DNA of 64,000 nucleotides from Nitrospirota bacterium. Lineage in GTDB: Bacteria; Nitrospirota; UBA9217. Position 1 is the stretch's first letter, and the number at the start of each line of letters is the position of its first letter. Under the pieces are notes generated by a model. The model ran no database searches, was not told where the DNA came from, and saw only the letters and a program-made list of their open reading frames with translations. The stretch covers positions 51,972-115,971 of the forward strand of contig JBBIMH010000013.1 of assembly GCA_037444505.1 (NCBI GenBank), in the 5' to 3' direction. The translations under genes were made by a program, and so were the position numbers. Positions 60,692-64,000 of the stretch are shown piece after piece.

Positions 60692-61366
60692 ATGGATTTG
60701 GAAGAGAGTTTTGTAGAGATAGGCTCCGTCCTCGTCAATCCGGAGATATTCACGAGGCCTTATGTATGCGATGTGGAAAGGTATGGTTGCAGGTCGATGT
60801 GCTGCTACCGCTCCTGTATTGTGCCGGATGCAGAGGCAAAGAGGGTAGAGGAGCATATTGACGGCATACTGCCCTACCTTCCGGTTGAAAACAGGGAGGC
60901 CGTCAGAAAAAACCAGGGGATACTTGCTGCATGCGCAAAGCAATGCCCGGCAGGCTGCGTGATCCACGACGACGAGGCGAGGGCAATCAGGCGGAACTTC
61001 GGGGGCAAGGAATTCCGCTGCGTGCTGCTGTTCAATAATGACTGCGTGCTGCTCTACACGAACAGCCGCGGGCTCAGGTACTGCGCAGTCCATTCCTATG
61101 CAATCGAAAAGGGGATGGTATGGGAGGAGTTCAAGTTTTCCGACTGTGTGCAGTATCCGCTGTCCGTCTATATCAATGACAAGGGGAAAAAGGTGTTGTC
61201 CATCCAGAACACCCCATATCTGAGCCACATCCCCTGCATGAAGGAGCCTGCAGGAGAGCCCATGTACCTTAGCCTCAGAAAGACCATAGAGACCCTGCTC
61301 GGCCAGGAGTTCTACAAAGAGCTTTCGGCTTATGCGGAAAAAAGGCGGAAAAGGCCCGGTCGATAA
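60692..61366 (+). CDS. Cysteine-rich hypothetical protein (DUF3109-like)
   Basis: About 224 aa with multiple Cys pairs (CRSMCCYRSC, CAKQCPAGC). RBS GGAGGG before ATG 60692. Confidence 0.5.
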   Translation: MDLEESFVEIGSVLVNPEIFTRPYVCDVERYGCRSMCCYRSCIVPDAEAKRVEEHIDGILPYLPVENREAVRKNQGILAACAKQCPAGCVIHDDEARAIRRNFGGKEFRCVLLFNNDCVLLYTNSRGLRYCAVHSYAIEKGMVWEEFKFSDCVQYPLSVYINDKGKKVLSIQNTPYLSHIPCMKEPAGEPMYLSLRKTIETLLGQEFYKELSAYAEKRRKRPGR

Positions 61367-61378
61367 CCCGGATCTTTT

Positions 61379-62167
61379 TTGTATAATCTATTCCATATGG
61401 GCAATCTATTCTTAAGTTTCGGTATCGCCGTCGGAGCAGCGATCGGCCTCGTATATCTCAGCAGGGCGCTCGACCTCGAGTTCTATACAAGCCGGATATT
61501 CCCCCTTATACCCATTCTCTATGCCATTGTATATGAGGCCGTGGAAAGGGCCAAGACCGGAAAGGCTAGGCCCATTCCGCCTTCCCAGGCGAAGGAAGAA
61601 CTCAAGGCCGGCGTAAAGAAGATATTCGAAAACGTGACGACAAGCCGGGTAATCAGCGCCATAGGCGTGAGCTTTTGCATAAAGATACTCTTCGAGATCC
61701 TATTCGTCGTGCTCTATGTCGGACTGCGAGGAGATTATCTCACAAAACTGTACGGAAGCTTCGGGATAGAGACCATAGGCAGATTTCTCAAGGGTGAGCA
61801 TCCCTGGCTTTCCGGAAGCGATGGCTTCTACCTACTTTCTCTCATCGCAATCGTTACGAGCTTCGGCACCGGCCTCTGGATCGGTTTTACATCAAAGGGC
61901 AGCGCTGTGATAGAGGCGGTCTTCGCCGGAGCCGCGGTAACGCTTGTCACTGCAATGACCAACATGCTCATCTTCTACAGAAGGATAGAGGAGATAGCCA
62001 ACCAGATGGCGGTCTCCCTGGGATACGGCATGCGGATAGGCTTCGTAGTGGTGATAGGGCTTCAGGTGCTCATGTACGGCATCTGGGCCGCCATTGCAGA
62101 GAAAGCCAAACAAGACCGCCTGAGGAGGGCGGCGCTCAAGAAGGGCATAAAGAGGGAAAGAAGGTAG
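61379..62167 (+). CDS. Hypothetical integral membrane protein
   Basis: Multiple TM helices. Basic C-terminus. Confidence 0.45.
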   Translation: MYNLFHMGNLFLSFGIAVGAAIGLVYLSRALDLEFYTSRIFPLIPILYAIVYEAVERAKTGKARPIPPSQAKEELKAGVKKIFENVTTSRVISAIGVSFCIKILFEILFVVLYVGLRGDYLTKLYGSFGIETIGRFLKGEHPWLSGSDGFYLLSLIAIVTSFGTGLWIGFTSKGSAVIEAVFAGAAVTLVTAMTNMLIFYRRIEEIANQMAVSLGYGMRIGFVVVIGLQVLMYGIWAAIAEKAKQDRLRRAALKKGIKRERR

Positions 62168-62218
62168 CCTCGAGAAATATCTTGATTTTTCTTCCGCCTA
62201 CCTGCTATAGTTCCGTCC

Positions 62219-64000
62219 ATGAAACATAAGGTGACCTTTCTTACAGACAATATCACTGTAGAAGTGGAGCCGCAGACCAGCCTCTTTAAGGCGGCCAAGG
62301 CGGCGGGCGTATACGTGCTTTCGTCCTGCGGCGGCAAGGGCAACTGCGGAAAATGCAAGGTGGTGATAAAAAGCGGACAGGTCGAGCCCGGCAGGTCTCG
62401 GTCATTCCTCACCGCAGAGGAGAACGAGAGAGGCTATGTGCTCGCCTGCCATTCGGTCATCACAGAAGACATAACAGTCGAGATCCCGCCTGAGTCCCGC
62501 ATGCAGGCGAAGCACAAGATCGCGACGGGCGCGAAGACAGAGGAGCTTTTCAGTATCCTGGAGTCGGCTGGAGGCTGTCTCGAATCCCGTATAAATAGGC
62601 TGTATCTCGAGCTCAGCCCGCCGACTTTGGACGACAATATATCGGACTATGAACGCATAAGAAGGGCCCTCGAGCAGGCCGGTTTCGACGCCTCTAATCT
62701 CCACATGAACTACCTCGTCCTCAAAAAGCTCGCTCAGGTCCTGAGAGAGTCCGGCTGGCGTGTAACCGTCTCCATTGCGGCCGCAGGCAGGGTCCTGGAG
62801 GTGCTCGATATATTCCCAGGCGATGCGACAAAGACGAGATACGGCGCAGCAGTGGACATAGGCACCACGACCGTCGTCGTCTATCTCGTCGACATGACGA
62901 CCGGCAAGGTTCTGGGCTCCGCCTCCACCTATAACAGCCAGGTCAACTGCGGAGACGATGTTATCACGCGCATCGTATATGCCACGGAAAAGAACGGCCT
63001 TTCCGAGCTCCAGGGGCTTGCCGTGGGAAACATCTCTTCGATGCTCTCGGAGCTCGCTGCAAGACACAATATCCAACCCGGAATGATAGACTACATCGTG
63101 GTCGCCGGAAACACGACAATGACGCATCTATTTTACGGCGTCAATCCCGAGTATATCCGCCTGGAGCCGTACATACCCACGGCCACCTTCTTTCCGCTCG
63201 TACGCGGAAAGAACATAGGGCTTTCTATTGACCCGCAGGCTATAATCTATGCCATGCCGAGTGTAGCAAGCTATGTAGGCGGAGACATAACAGCAGGCGT
63301 GCTCGTCTCGCAGATACACAAACAGGAAAAGCTGTCGCTGTTCATCGACGTCGGTACGAACGGAGAGATAGTGCTCGGCAACAGAGACTGGCTCGTGACC
63401 GCCGCCTGCTCCGCAGGCCCTGCCTTCGAGGGCAGCGGCATCAAATTCGGCATGCGTGCGATGGAAGGCGCCATAGAAGAAGTGGAAATAGATCCAAAGA
63501 CGTATGATGTGAATTACAGGGTCATCGGCGATGTGAAGCCCATCGGTATCTGCGGCTCCGGCATGATAGACGCCCTGGCAGAGATGTATCTCACCGGCGT
63601 CATCGACCAGAAGGGAAAGATGAGGGAGGAGATCGGCTCGAAGCGCATCCGCAGAGGAGAAAGCGGTCTCGAGTATGTCCTCGCCTGGCGAGTGGAAAGC
63701 GCCGTTAACAAGGAGATTGTGATAACAGAAGTAGACCTCGACAATCTCATCAGGGCGAAGGCCGCCATATATGCGGGATTCTCCACACTGCTCGGCCATA
63801 TGGGAGTGGGCTTCGCCGATGTAGACAAGATATATATCGCCGGGGGGTTCGGCAGATACATCGACGTCGAACGCGCCATAACAATAGGCATGCTGCCGGA
63901 TCTTCCTGTAGAGAAGTTCGTGTTCCTCGGAAACACATCCATAATAGGCGCCTATTATGCCCTCTTGTGCGACAGGCTGAGGCACGAGGCTGAGGAAATC
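62219..64000 (+). CDS. 2Fe-2S ferredoxin domain + ASKHA-fold protein (RACo-like corrinoid-activation family), 3' end beyond window
   Basis: N-terminal plant-type ferredoxin SCGGKGNCGKCKV..GYVLAC. ASKHA phosphate motifs DIGTTTVVVYL and DVGTNGEIVLG. Open to the window end. The ORF is missing from the supplied track because it has no stop inside the window. Confidence 0.7.
   Translation, partial: MKHKVTFLTDNITVEVEPQTSLFKAAKAAGVYVLSSCGGKGNCGKCKVVIKSGQVEPGRSRSFLTAEENERGYVLACHSVITEDITVEIPPESRMQAKHKIATGAKTEELFSILESAGGCLESRINRLYLELSPPTLDDNISDYERIRRALEQAGFDASNLHMNYLVLKKLAQVLRESGWRVTVSIAAAGRVLEVLDIFPGDATKTRYGAAVDIGTTTVVVYLVDMTTGKVLGSASTYNSQVNCGDDVITRIVYATEKNGLSELQGLAVGNISSMLSELAARHNIQPGMIDYIVVAGNTTMTHLFYGVNPEYIRLEPYIPTATFFPLVRGKNIGLSIDPQAIIYAMPSVASYVGGDITAGVLVSQIHKQEKLSLFIDVGTNGEIVLGNRDWLVTAACSAGPAFEGSGIKFGMRAMEGAIEEVEIDPKTYDVNYRVIGDVKPIGICGSGMIDALAEMYLTGVIDQKGKMREEIGSKRIRRGESGLEYVLAWRVESAVNKEIVITEVDLDNLIRAKAAIYAGFSTLLGHMGVGFADVDKIYIAGGFGRYIDVERAITIGMLPDLPVEKFVFLGNTSIIGAYYALLCDRLRHEAEEI

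Noticed and set aside
62402-63985. Two minus-strand ORFs (241 and 285 aa)
   Set aside because: Antisense to the plus-strand RACo-like ORF, which carries clear ferredoxin and ASKHA motifs. They only appear because the true gene has no stop within the window.

Overview
The window is a 64 kb, mostly high-GC stretch of bacterial chromosome. Gene content points to a Gram-negative anaerobe or microaerophile, plausibly Deltaproteobacteria- or Nitrospirota-like, but that placement is inference. No rRNA, tRNA or CRISPR array was found. Calls were made by reading the six-frame translations for conserved family motifs (for example Walker A and ABC signatures, the TupA TTSTQNSGL motif, the CcsA WWD motif, the L,D-transpeptidase H..SHGC motif, radical SAM CX3CX2C and FumC GSSIMPGKVNP). 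Gene order left to right:
- a peptide ABC transporter, truncated at the left edge;
- a minus-strand envelope operon (TPR protein, TolB-like beta-propeller, large PEGA/TPR lipoprotein, small lipoprotein);
- an orphan gene with a consensus sigma70 promoter, then mnmA;
- a cytochrome c biogenesis pair (ccsA and a short ResB-like gene) split by a tupABC tungstate transporter, with a roughly 140 bp duplicate of the ccsA 3' end;
- HU, two miniproteins, three Slp-family lipoprotein paralogs, ftsH, an outer-membrane beta-barrel and an SspB-like adaptor;
- a 1270-aa NHL/fn3/transglutaminase-like/TPR secreted protein;
- metabolic genes (TPP enzyme, ALDH, citrate synthase, aconitase);
- an AT-richer islet (GT2 glycosyltransferase, APS kinase, SAM methyltransferase) bounded by a palindromic MITE/REP-like repeat family of about 100-120 bp, four copies;
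- a fused L,D-transpeptidase and Mur-ligase protein;
- DJ-1, a radical SAM protein, fumC-sdhCAB, PolX, a LivK-like binding protein, UbiB, a speH-speE-decarboxylase polyamine operon, and a RACo-like 2Fe-2S/ASKHA protein truncated at the right edge.
The strongest candidates for something new are the cytoplasmic L,D-transpeptidase/Mur-ligase fusion, the repeat-bounded glycan-modification islet, and the tup insertion with the ccsA duplication. All identifications come from visual motif recognition and no database search was run.
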